This document shows positions 19,600 to 29,200 of a DNA stretch of 64,000 nt, piece after piece. Numbering within the stretch: position 1 is the stretch's first letter; each line of letters begins with the position of its first letter. The position numbers and the translations under genes are program-made. The DNA lies in contig JBBQFH010000007.1 of assembly GCA_038321865.1 (NCBI GenBank), positions 64,913-128,912 on the forward strand, given 5' to 3'. The notes beneath the pieces are model-generated. The model saw only the letters and a list, made by a program, of their open reading frames with translations. It was not told the origin of the DNA and searched no databases. The DNA comes from Gemmatimonadales bacterium. Lineage in GTDB: Bacteria > Gemmatimonadota > Gemmatimonadetes > Gemmatimonadales > GWC2-71-9.

Positions 19600-20052
19600 G
19601 TGACCGCTCCTCCCCCGCGCTCCGATATTCCCGGCCTGGCCGACCCGCTCGGGCTCATCGCCGCCGCGGTCCCGCTAGGGATCCTGGCCGGGACCCTCAT
19701 CGTCACGGCGACAGTGTTCGCCGTGACGATTTTGCGCGAGGGCATCGCGGCGACCGCACCGTCGCCGCAACTCCAGTCGTCCCCTGTGCTCTACGTCCTG
19801 CTTGGCGGCACCTTTGCGGGTGTGGTACTTGCCGCGGCGACTACCTGGAGCGCCCTCTCCCCAGTCGAGAACACCTATCGCCGTGGCATGTTCGCCACTG
19901 TAAGCGGGTTTGCCACGGTGGTGGTGATGCTCGTCGCGACGCCGGTCCACGCGCTCCTCGGGCGCCCCGGTCTCGCCGGGCTCGCCGGGCTCTGCCTCGT
20001 GGGGGTGATCGTGCTCGCGCGCAGGCTGCGCCGCATCCGCGCCGGCCGGTGA
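19600..20052 (+). CDS. Hypothetical membrane protein
   Basis: About four hydrophobic segments; abuts the lpdA stop. Confidence 0.65.
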   Translation: MTAPPPRSDIPGLADPLGLIAAAVPLGILAGTLIVTATVFAVTILREGIAATAPSPQLQSSPVLYVLLGGTFAGVVLAAATTWSALSPVENTYRRGMFATVSGFATVVVMLVATPVHALLGRPGLAGLAGLCLVGVIVLARRLRRIRAGR

Positions 20053-20219
20053 ACGCACCCATCCGTGTGGTCGATCTCGGCCGGCGCGGCTATGCCGACA
20101 CGCTGGAGCTGCAGCGATCCCTCTGTCGGCGGCGCATCTCCCGCGACTCGCCGACGACATTCGATCGGGAGCCCATGCCCAGGACCCTCGAGCCGGAGAT
20201 GGCGCAGTGCAGCGCGTAG
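20049..20219 (+). pseudogene. lipB: Internally deleted octanoyltransferase LipB (56 codons)
   Basis: GTG 20049 gives MNAPIRVVDLGRRGYADTLELQRSLCRRRI (LipB N-terminal DLG..Y....LQ); catalytic core absent; lies at the end of the lipA-pdh operon. Confidence 0.7.
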
Positions 20220-20839
20220 ATATCCGCTCAGCCGATCATCGGCTGCCGCCCGGCCAGGTCGAGACCCGCAAATGGCCCGTGCTCCACTACGGCCTGATTC
20301 CGGCGGTTGACACGGCCAACTGGCGTTTTGAGGTCCGCGGCGCCGTGGCGCGGCCGTATTCGCTCGACTGGAGCGAGCTGCTTGCCCTGCCGCGCCAGGA
20401 GACCACGTGCGATATCCACTGCGTCACGCGCTGGAGCCGGTTCGACAATCGATTCGCCGGGGTGCCGGTGCGCACGCTGCTCGAACGCGCAGGGGTTGAT
20501 CCCGCGGCGCGGTATGTGCTGGTCCACGCCGAGCATGGATTCACCACCAACCTGCCGCTGGCCGACCTCGATCAACCGGCCAATCTGCTCGCGCTGAGTC
20601 ACAACGGCGAGGATCTGACGCCGGAGCACGGTGGTCCCGTCCGACTGCTCGTGCCGCAGCTGTACTTCTGGAAAAGTGCGAAATGGGTGCGGGGCTTCGA
20701 GCTGCTGGAGGACGACTACCCCGGATTCTGGGAGCAGAACGGTTATCACATGCGCGGCGACCCCGGGGCCGAGGAACGCTACAGCCGGCCGGACCCCGCG
20801 CGCATGCGGCGCGGAGGGCGCGCGCCGGATACCTCGTAA
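20207..20839 (+). CDS. Sulfite oxidase-like molybdopterin oxidoreductase
   Basis: RLPPGQ, DIHCVTRWS, HGGPVRL, YFWKSAKW, GFWEQNGYH. Confidence 0.9.
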   Translation: MQRVDIRSADHRLPPGQVETRKWPVLHYGLIPAVDTANWRFEVRGAVARPYSLDWSELLALPRQETTCDIHCVTRWSRFDNRFAGVPVRTLLERAGVDPAARYVLVHAEHGFTTNLPLADLDQPANLLALSHNGEDLTPEHGGPVRLLVPQLYFWKSAKWVRGFELLEDDYPGFWEQNGYHMRGDPGAEERYSRPDPARMRRGGRAPDTS

Positions 20840-20882
20840 AATTGCGGTTGCCTTTGGACTCCGTATCTGCAATCATCCGTAC

Positions 20883-21437
20883 ATGTCGGATGAAGCACGA
20901 AAGTCGACCCCAGAGGAGCAGGCGGCGCAGCGGATCGGGGAGATCCTCCGCGCCGCATCGAGCTGGTCGCGAGAGGCCCCGGAAGCGCTGGAGCCGGCCA
21001 TTCGCGCGGTCTGCATCCGGCTGGCCGAGATGGTGGCGGACCAGCGGCACTACCTGTCGCCGCTGCCGGAGCCGCAGGAGTCCGAGCGCCGGAAGATCCT
21101 GGGACTGATCGCGGATCGGCTCCGCTCGCCCGGCGTTACCGAGGGCCTGCAGGACCATCTCAAGGCGCTGGAGGAGCTCGAGCTCCGCTCCACCGGGTCA
21201 TGGGCGGTGGTCGCCTCGGCCCAGAGTGAGTGGATCACGGTCGCGATCAGCTACCTCGAGGGTTGCGCGCGGGCGCTGCCGGCGGGGGAGCGGCCCGATC
21301 CCTACTGGGCCGATGACGTCGTGGCCGGGGTGATCGCCTCGGCGCGGGCACTCATCGGAATCGACGAACTCCACGCGCGCACCGAGGCGCGCTACTCGGG
21401 CGGCGTGCCGCGACCGGCACTTCCGCCCGAGGATTAG
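20883..21437 (+). CDS. Hypothetical protein
   Basis: 184-aa helical ORF from ATG 20883. Confidence 0.6.
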   Translation: MSDEARKSTPEEQAAQRIGEILRAASSWSREAPEALEPAIRAVCIRLAEMVADQRHYLSPLPEPQESERRKILGLIADRLRSPGVTEGLQDHLKALEELELRSTGSWAVVASAQSEWITVAISYLEGCARALPAGERPDPYWADDVVAGVIASARALIGIDELHARTEARYSGGVPRPALPPED

Positions 21438-22876
21438 ACCGAAACGACTTCGTCCTCCTCTTCCTCCTCTTCCTCTTCCTCCGCCTCATCGCCGGCACTG
21501 GTCAGCACCGTCGGCTCCTGCTCCCCGAACAGCTCGAAGAACCTCGCAAAGATCTGAATGCCGCTCCACAGCTGCGACAAGTCGAGCTTTTCGTTCGGTG
21601 AATGGAGCCCGTCGTCCGGCAGCCCGATCCCCGTCAGGATGACGGGAGCCCCGGCCAGCCCCAGTTCCGGAACCACCGGAATGGACCCGCCCGCGCGTGC
21701 CGGCACTGCCTTCCGCCCAACGACCTCCTCGAACGCCTGATCCAGCACCGCAAAGGCCGGTGCGTCCACATCCACCTGCACCGGGTCACCGCCGTGGTGG
21801 ATCCGAACGTCCACCTCGGCCCACTCGGGCGCGGCCTTCTCCACCGCCTTCTTCAGCTGCTTCGCGACCTTCTCGTAGCGCTGGCCCGGCACCAGGCGAA
21901 GGCTGATCTTGGCTGATGCCTGCGCGGGGATGACGGTCTTGGCCCCATCTCCGACGAACCCGCCCTTGATGCCGTGAATCTCGAATGTGGGCAGTGCCCA
22001 GACCCGCTCGAGCACCGAGAAATCCTCGAGGCCGGTGAGCGCCCGGCCCGTCACCTCATCGGCGAGAAACTTCTCCTCGTCGAACGGAAGGTGCCTCCAC
22101 GACTTGAGCTCTGACTTGGTGGGCTCCTCCACCGACTTGTAGAGCTTGGGGATGCGGATCTTGCCGCTCCGGCTCTTGAGGTCGGCCAGAATGCGCACCA
22201 GCGTTTCCAGCGCGTTCGGCGCGACCCCCCCGTACGTGCCGGAGTGCAGGTCGCGCTGCAGCGTCCGCACCGAAATCTCGGCGTAGCAGAGGCCCCGAAG
22301 CGCAGTGTACACCGCCGGCCAGCCCGGCGCGAAATACGACATGTCGCACACCAGCGCGGCATCCGCGCGCGTGCGCTCCGGCTCGGCGCGCAGCAGGTCG
22401 AAAATCACCCGGCCACCGCATTCCTCCTCGCCCTCGAAAATGAAATGCACGTTGAGGGGCGGATTTCCGTCCGGACCACGGGAGGCCTCATAGGCCTTCA
22501 GCAGGCAGAACACCTGGCCCTTGTCGTCGGCGGCGCCGCGAGCATAGAGCTTTCCGTCTCGCACCGTCGGCTCGAATGGGGGCGTGGCCCATTCGTTGAG
22601 CGGATCGGCCGGCTGCACGTCGTAATGGCCGTAGATGAGGAGCGTCGGCTTGCCGGGAAGCTGCGGACCTTCCGCCCACACTACCGGATGTCCCTGCCCT
22701 TCCACCAGCGTCACGACCGGGCAGCCGAGGCGCCGCAGCTCCTGCAGCAGCCAATCCGCCGCCCGGCGACAGTCCGCGGCATGGTCAGGCAAGGCACTGA
22801 CGCTCGGAATCGACAGGAACTCGGTCAGCTCGCGCAGCATGCGGTCCTGCTCGCGACCTACGAACGCTGTATCCAT
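21434..22876 (-). CDS. M20 family dipeptidase
   Basis: YGHYDVQP, RGAADDKGQ, FEGEEE, DLHSG, HSPNEK. Confidence 0.93.
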   Translation of the reverse strand: MDTAFVGREQDRMLRELTEFLSIPSVSALPDHAADCRRAADWLLQELRRLGCPVVTLVEGQGHPVVWAEGPQLPGKPTLLIYGHYDVQPADPLNEWATPPFEPTVRDGKLYARGAADDKGQVFCLLKAYEASRGPDGNPPLNVHFIFEGEEECGGRVIFDLLRAEPERTRADAALVCDMSYFAPGWPAVYTALRGLCYAEISVRTLQRDLHSGTYGGVAPNALETLVRILADLKSRSGKIRIPKLYKSVEEPTKSELKSWRHLPFDEEKFLADEVTGRALTGLEDFSVLERVWALPTFEIHGIKGGFVGDGAKTVIPAQASAKISLRLVPGQRYEKVAKQLKKAVEKAAPEWAEVDVRIHHGGDPVQVDVDAPAFAVLDQAFEEVVGRKAVPARAGGSIPVVPELGLAGAPVILTGIGLPDDGLHSPNEKLDLSQLWSGIQIFARFFELFGEQEPTVLTSAGDEAEEEEEEEEEDEVVSV

Positions 22877-22966
22877 ACGGCCCTCTCCCTGGTGATTGCA
22901 CTATGCCGAAAGGAAGAAGCTACATCGCCCGGCCTGCGGCGCGTAGGTTGGCGCCGGGTCCTCGTG

Positions 22967-22982
22967 TGTGAGCCGGATCACA
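22967..22982. promoter_or_regulatory. CRP-family binding site candidate
   Basis: TGTGA-gccgga-TCACA, a perfect TGTGA-N6-TCACA, about 90 bp upstream of the dipeptidase start. Confidence 0.6.
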
Positions 22983-23013
22983 GAGCCCGGACTCCGTGAC
23001 CCCCTCCACAATG

Positions 23014-23043
23014 AGAAGCAGCCGCACCCGAGCCGGGTGCGGC
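23014..23043 (-). terminator. Putative terminator of the aminopeptidase gene
   Basis: 10-bp stem GCCGCACCCG/CGGGTGCGGC followed on the minus strand by TGCTTCT. Confidence 0.5.
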
Positions 23044-23068
23044 CTCACGCTGGCGTCACCCCCCCCGC

Positions 23069-24166
23069 CTACGGGTGGTCTTCGGTCAGCGGCTCACCGA
23101 CCGCTCGCGCCAGGCGGACGAAGGCGCTGTCACCTTCGGCGCCCTCCATCAGCGTCCGCAGGTCGGCGACGCTGCGCCGGACGTCGGAGCCGTGCAGCAC
23201 GTACCAGCGCTCGAACAGGTCGAGGTGCGACCGATAGATGGTCGCCCCGATCAGGCGGGCATTGTTGATGGGACGATCGGCCTGGGCGCCGACTGTATAC
23301 GTCCTGAGCAACGGCCCGACCGAGTCCGCCAGCTCGCGCCGCGCCCAGCGCGCGACATCGGCCCGGCCCGAATCCACACCGGCGGAATCCAGCTTCATGG
23401 CGTAGAGTGCCTTCAAGCGCCGGGTGAGCTCGGTGTAGAAGCCGCCGAGCACGATCTCGTCGTGCCACCGGTCGGCCGCCCGCGCCGCCGACGCGCTGTC
23501 ACCACGGGCCCGGAAATACGCCTCGGCCGACCGATAGCCCACCAGCTGCGCGAAGCTCTCATTGAACGGAGTTGCGCTCTTCACGTACAAGGAGTTGTGA
23601 CCGATTTCGTGGAAGACGGTTCCCGCCAGCTCGATCGGGTCTCGGCTGAGGGCGGTGGACAGCAACGGATCGTTGAACCAGCCCAGCGTCGAGAATGCGC
23701 CCGAGGGGCGAAGGTAGATATCGTAGCCCTTGGCGGACAGCTTGCCGGCGGCGCGCTGGGCGGCTTTGGCGTCGAAGAAGCCCTTGTACGGCATCCGGCC
23801 CACGATCGGCCACTTCCAGGTGTAGGGACAGAGGCAGTTGCGGGGTGACGCCTGGAGGACGAGAAGCAGCGTGTCGCGCTTGATGTCGGCAAAGGTGGTG
23901 TAGGTCGCACCCGCGTCGAGCCCCAGGTCCGCGGCAAAGTCCCGCACGGAGACGACGAGACCGAGCGATCGGCGCAACTCGGGAGAAATGGCGCTGTCGG
24001 CGAGGACGTCGGCGATCGGCCGCCGTGCCCGGAGGATGCTGGATTCCTCGAACCCGGCCCTGGTGAGATACCGGACATCGTCGCTCGCCACGTATGCGGT
24101 GCCATAGCCACCCAGCAGCGCGGCAATGACGATCAGGAATACCATGAAGCCCTTTCGGCGGCGCAT
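23069..24166 (-). CDS. Putative zinc aminopeptidase, membrane-anchored
   Basis: WPIVGRMPYKGFF, AFSTLGWFNDP, HEIGH and FNESFA; N-terminal TM. Confidence 0.85.
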   Translation of the reverse strand: MRRRKGFMVFLIVIAALLGGYGTAYVASDDVRYLTRAGFEESSILRARRPIADVLADSAISPELRRSLGLVVSVRDFAADLGLDAGATYTTFADIKRDTLLLVLQASPRNCLCPYTWKWPIVGRMPYKGFFDAKAAQRAAGKLSAKGYDIYLRPSGAFSTLGWFNDPLLSTALSRDPIELAGTVFHEIGHNSLYVKSATPFNESFAQLVGYRSAEAYFRARGDSASAARAADRWHDEIVLGGFYTELTRRLKALYAMKLDSAGVDSGRADVARWARRELADSVGPLLRTYTVGAQADRPINNARLIGATIYRSHLDLFERWYVLHGSDVRRSVADLRTLMEGAEGDSAFVRLARAVGEPLTEDHP

Positions 24167-24177
24167 CAGGTTCGCGG

Positions 24178-25923
24178 TCAGCGAACCCGGACGATCCCGA
24201 TTCGCGCGACGGATGCGCTCCCCACCGCCGCCCCGACGCTGTCCGACAGCTTCACATCCACCGCCGCGGCGGAGGGCAGCTGAATGACCCGGAGATGGCG
24301 CCCCGATCCGTCCCGGAGCGTTCCGTTCCGCGAATAGGTGCCGGTTCGCGTGCTGTCCGGCACCAGGGGATAGGGGCGGGGAAATGTCGCGGGCAGCTGC
24401 TGATTCAGGTTGGCGTACGTGGTTCGCAGGTTCCAGCTCAGATACTGCAGACGCTGGCTCGACGGGGTGAACCCGGGAAGGTTGTCGAGATAGTTGGCCA
24501 GCTGCCACTGGGAAACCAGCGTCGGGAACGGCTGTCCGGTCAACGCGCTGACGTTGGCGCTGCCGACACTGGCGGACGCGACGATCGGCCGGGTGAAGCC
24601 GGTGCCCAGCGAATCGGTGCCGAACTGGTCAGCAAGCCAGCGCACGAAGAGCCAGTTCGCGCCGCGCTCCGCCAGCGTCCCGGTGGACTGGTTGTTCTCG
24701 ACCAGCGCCGTTGCCTCGACGTCGCGCAGGTAGCGGTATCCGTTCTGTATGTCGCCCTTGACGAACTGGTTGAAGCAGTTGTGCAGCCCTGAGTCGTCGG
24801 TGCACAACGCGTTGGGAATGAGCCGTCCGCCCAGTTCCTCGGCGAGGTGGGACAGCCCCTCGTTGAGCCAGGTGTCCTCGCTGACGCCTCCGCGCACCAG
24901 CACATGCTGGTTGAAGCTGATCATGTGCTGGAATTCATGGATGAAGGTCGGCGCGAGCAGCGTCTTCGCATACGCTTTCGAGATCGTACAGCTGGAGTTG
25001 GTCGGATCGGGCACGAGCCCGTAGAAGATCTCGCCCGCATTGGAGCCGTTCGCGCTCGGGACCAGGTCGCTGCCGTAGAAGTAGCCGAGGATGACGCTGC
25101 CGGCGCTGTTGCAGGAACCGCTGAGCTTGTTGACCTGATCGGTCAGCAGCACCACCACCACGCCGTTGCCGTCCAGATCGGACTCGCGCCCAAACGCCGT
25201 TGTGTCGATCGGATACAGGTAGTTGTCGAACAGGTTGCCGACCGAGTCGATGTCGGCCTGCGTGTAGCCACCCGTCGGAACGGCGTTGTCGAGATAGACC
25301 GCACCCTTGGGACCGACGTGCTTCGCGGTCGCCGTGACGCTCACGAATCCGGTGCAGTCGGTCGTGGAGCACACCTTGAAGGTGCGCTGCGTGCCCAGCG
25401 CCGGCGGCAGCATGGCGAAGGGCGCGCCGAGCGCGGCGGAAAAGGCAGCCCCGCCCGACGTGGACAGGACCCGTTCGCGTTGCCGCAGCATCTGATGGAA
25501 GGCGGCCGCTGGGGTCGGGGCCTCGAATGCGGAGGCGCCCGGGAGCCACGCCGCGAGCGGGGCGAGCGACCGATCGGCGACACTGGCCGTCGCGGCAAGC
25601 GGCGGCCCAGCGGTCACGGCATAGCTGCTCGTGATCCCGGTGCTGGTCTCCCGCCCGGCGGCCGAGAGCGCGACGTACAGGTGTTCCGCGCCGGCGGCAC
25701 CGGCCGCGGGCAGCTCCACGCAGCTGGTCGCGGCAGGATCGACCACGGTAAAATCGCCCGGGGCGAGCGAGACGGTCGTCGGAGCGGCGCAGGTGACGTC
25801 CGGCGGCGGCGGCGGCGCGACGGGCCCGTCCGTGCAGGCCGCAAGCAGCAGAAATGCCGGTAGGACGAGAACGGGAATGCGTATGGTCACGAAGGGGTCG
25901 CTCCGGCGCAAGTGCTGCGGCAT
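24178..25923 (-). CDS. Lipoprotein zinc metallopeptidase (M30/hyicolysin-like)
   Basis: Lipobox LAAC, HEFQH followed by WLNEGLSH; start could be GTG 25890. Confidence 0.75.
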   Translation of the reverse strand: MPQHLRRSDPFVTIRIPVLVLPAFLLLAACTDGPVAPPPPPDVTCAAPTTVSLAPGDFTVVDPAATSCVELPAAGAAGAEHLYVALSAAGRETSTGITSSYAVTAGPPLAATASVADRSLAPLAAWLPGASAFEAPTPAAAFHQMLRQRERVLSTSGGAAFSAALGAPFAMLPPALGTQRTFKVCSTTDCTGFVSVTATAKHVGPKGAVYLDNAVPTGGYTQADIDSVGNLFDNYLYPIDTTAFGRESDLDGNGVVVVLLTDQVNKLSGSCNSAGSVILGYFYGSDLVPSANGSNAGEIFYGLVPDPTNSSCTISKAYAKTLLAPTFIHEFQHMISFNQHVLVRGGVSEDTWLNEGLSHLAEELGGRLIPNALCTDDSGLHNCFNQFVKGDIQNGYRYLRDVEATALVENNQSTGTLAERGANWLFVRWLADQFGTDSLGTGFTRPIVASASVGSANVSALTGQPFPTLVSQWQLANYLDNLPGFTPSSQRLQYLSWNLRTTYANLNQQLPATFPRPYPLVPDSTRTGTYSRNGTLRDGSGRHLRVIQLPSAAAVDVKLSDSVGAAVGSASVARIGIVRVR

Positions 25924-26029
25924 GGGTGTATTAACATATGATGGGACAACGGTTTTTGACAATCACACAGCGCCTCGGTAGCTTCTCACCGTCTCCCCAT
26001 TCAGCCAGGCCCGAGAGCCGGGATCGGCC

Positions 26030-26293
26030 CCCTGCGGTCTGGCCGAAGGGAGACGCAGGACGGGGCCGGCAGGTCACACATGCGCCGTCGCCCGCCTGGC
26101 TCGCTGCTACCGGGTTCTCGCAAAAAGTGGGCGAGGAAGCGGCTGAGGGAGTGGTGGCGGCGAATACGGAGGCTGAAAGCCGTCTCGCGTCCGGGGCGGC
26201 TGATCTCCTCCATCATCTTCTGGTGCCGCTGCAGGCTCGAGGTGTCCCGCTGGACGCCGTCGGGAATGAGCCAGAGCAGCGCAGTCGGCAGGC
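26030..26293 (+). pseudogene. hisIE: Degenerate hisIE (PR-AMP cyclohydrolase / PR-ATP pyrophosphatase) relic
   Basis: QKVGEEAAE..SGAADLLHHLLV..ARGV matches HisE; upstream VWPKGDAG and out-of-frame GPAGHT echo HisI WxKGETSG and GPACHTG. Confidence 0.75.
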
Positions 26294-29200
26294 ATGTCCT
26301 TCGTACATCTCCATACGCACAGCGAGTACTCTCTCCTCGACGGGGCCAACCGCGTCGCCGAGCTGGTCGGCCATGTCAAGAAGCTTGGCATGGACAGTCT
26401 GGCCGTGACCGACCATGGCAACATGCATGCGGCCTGGACGTTCTACGAGGAAGCCAAGGCGCAGAAGGTCCGCCCGATCCTCGGCTTCGAGGCCTATCTG
26501 GCGTTCGGGCCACGCCAGGCGCGTGAGCGGCCGGCGGGGGCACCGGGACCGTACAGCCATCTCGTGCTGCTGGCCCGGAACCGGGCGGGATACAAGAACC
26601 TCATCAAGCTGACCTCGATCGGATACACCGAGGGGTTCTATCGCCGCCCCCGGATCGACAAGGAAGTCCTCGCCCGCTACAGCGATGGTATCGTGTGCCT
26701 CGCCGCATGCCTGTCCGGCGAGGTCTCCCTGTTCCTGCGCCAGGGCAAGTACGACGAGGCGCGGCGGAGCGCCGAGTGGTTCGCCACGACCTTCGGCCGG
26801 GAGAACTTCTGGCTCGAAATCCAGAGCCACGGCATCCCCGAAGAGCAACTGGTGACGAAAGGGATGCTCGAGCTCGGGCGCGAGCTCGGCATCGGCGTGG
26901 TGGCGACCAACGACGCGCACTACCTCCGGAAGGAAGACGCCGAGTCGCATGACGTCCTCCTGGCGATCGGCACCGGCAGTGACCTGGACGATCCGAAGCG
27001 GTTCCGCTTCACCGGCTCCGAGTCGTACGTGAAGAGCGAAAAGGAAATGCGGACGCTCTTCCCGGAGGCGCTCGAGACGCTGGAGAACACCCAGGCCGTC
27101 GCCAATCGCTGCGAATTCGACTTCGAGAAGCGCTACTTCCTCCCGACGTTCCCCAAGCCGCCGGAGTTCGCGACCGACGAGGCGCTGCTGCTCCATCTGG
27201 CGCACGCCGGCGCCGAGGGGCGCTACGGGTCACCGCTGCCGGCCAACGTCGTCGAACGCCTGGAGTACGAGCTCGCGGTGATCAACACGGCGGGGTACGC
27301 CGGCTACTTCCTCATCGTCCACGACTTCATCGCGGCGGCCAAGGCACGAGGCATCCCGGTCGGTCCGGGCCGGGGGTCGGCCGCCGGCTCGATCGTGGCC
27401 TACTCGCTCGGCATCACCAATGTCTGCCCGCTCCGGTTCGACCTGCTCTTCGAGCGGTTCCTCAACCCGGAACGCGTGTCGATGCCGGACATCGACGTGG
27501 ACTTCTGCTTCGAGCGCCGGGGCGAGGTGATCGAGTACGTGCGGGAGCGGTACGGCCGCGCCAGCGTCGGCCAGATCGTGACCTTCGGCACCATGAAGGC
27601 GCGCGCCGCGATCAAGGACGTGGCGCGCGTCCTCCGCATCCCCCCGGCCGAGGCGGACAAGCTCACCAAGCTCATCCCGTCGGGGCCGGCCTACAGCCTG
27701 ACGATTCCCGAGGCGATTCAAAAGGTCGACGAGCTGCGCGATCTGGTGAAGTCGAATCCGATCTACCAGCGGCTGGCGCACCTGAGCTCGCGCATCGAGG
27801 GAATCTCCCGCCACATGTCGGTCCACGCCGCCGGCGTCGTCATCGCGCCGGGGCCGCTCGACGAATACGTGCCGGTCTGCACCGCGCCCACCAAGGGCGC
27901 CGGCGCCGCCGCGGACGGTGAAGAGTCCATCATCACGCAGTTCGAGATGGGCCCGCTGGAAAAGGTCGGCATGCTCAAGATGGACATGCTCGGCCTCAAG
28001 ACACTGACGGTCATTCACGACGCCGTGAACATGATCGCCGACCGGTATGGCGTCCGCCCGGACATGGATGCGCTGGCCTTCGACGACCCCGAGGTCTACG
28101 CGCTGCTCCGCAGAGGGCGAACCGCCGGGATCTTCCAGTTCGAGTCTCCGCTCGCGACCGAGACGCTCCGGGCGATGAAGTGCGACCGCTTCGACGATCT
28201 CGTCGCGTCCAACGCCCTGCTCCGCCCGGGTCCGCTGGACGCCGGCATGCACACGGTGTTCATCCGCCGGAAGCTCGGACAGGAGCGGGTCACCTATCCC
28301 CACCCGTCCCTCCGGGAGATTCTGGAGCCGACCTACGGCGTCATCACCTACCAGGAACAGGTGATGCGCATCGCGAACGTGATCGCGGGCTTTTCGCTGG
28401 CAGAAGCCGACGTGCTCCGGAAAGCCGTCGGCAAGAAGGACTCGGAGCTCATCAGGAAGGAGCTCGGCAAGTTCTGTGAGCGGGGTGCCGCGCAGGGACA
28501 TCCGAAGAAACTGCTCGATGAGCTGGCCGGGCAGATCGAGACGTTCGGCCGCTACGGCTTCAACAAGTCGCACTCGGTCGCGTATTCGGTCCTCAGCTAT
28601 CAGACGGCCTGGCTCAAGGCGCACTACCCCGCCGAATTCATGTCGGCGCTGCTGTCGTCGGAAATCGGCAGTACCGACAAGGTCGTGCAGTACATCAACG
28701 AGGCGCGCGAGCTGGGGCTCGAAGTCCTTGCGCCCGACGTGAACGAGTCGGGATTCAAGTTCACCGCCATCGACGACCGGCGCATCCGCTTTGGGCTGGG
28801 CGCCATCCGGAACGTCGGCTGGAGCGCCATCGAATCGATCATCGGCGGCCGGACCGAAGGCGCCTACACCACGCTGGCCGAGCTGGTCGAGCGCATCGAC
28901 CTCCGGCTCTGCAACAAGCGGGTGGTCGAGTCGCTCGTCGCCGCGGGGGCGTGCGATTCGCTCGGCGGCCACCGGCATCAGCTCATCGAGGCACTCGAGG
29001 ATGCGCTCGCGGAGGCCCAGCTGAAGCAGCAGGATCGCGAGGCCGGCCAGGCGTCCCTGTTCGGTGAAACACCGGCCACGCGCCATCACCGGCTCCAGCT
29101 CCCCGATGTCCCCGAGTGGACCGAGGCCGAGCGCCTGGCGCGGGAGAAGGATGTCCTTGGCTTCTTCATCTCCGGCCATCCGCTGGAGCGGTTCCGCGAC

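Noticed and set aside
22877..23068. Riboswitch in the dipeptidase leader
   Set aside because: Several hairpins, but I could not recognise any known aptamer consensus; terminator plus CRP box explain it more simply
25938..26408. 156-aa ORF as a functional gene
   Set aside because: Overlaps dnaE by over 100 bp and only part is HisE-like; better explained as a pseudogene
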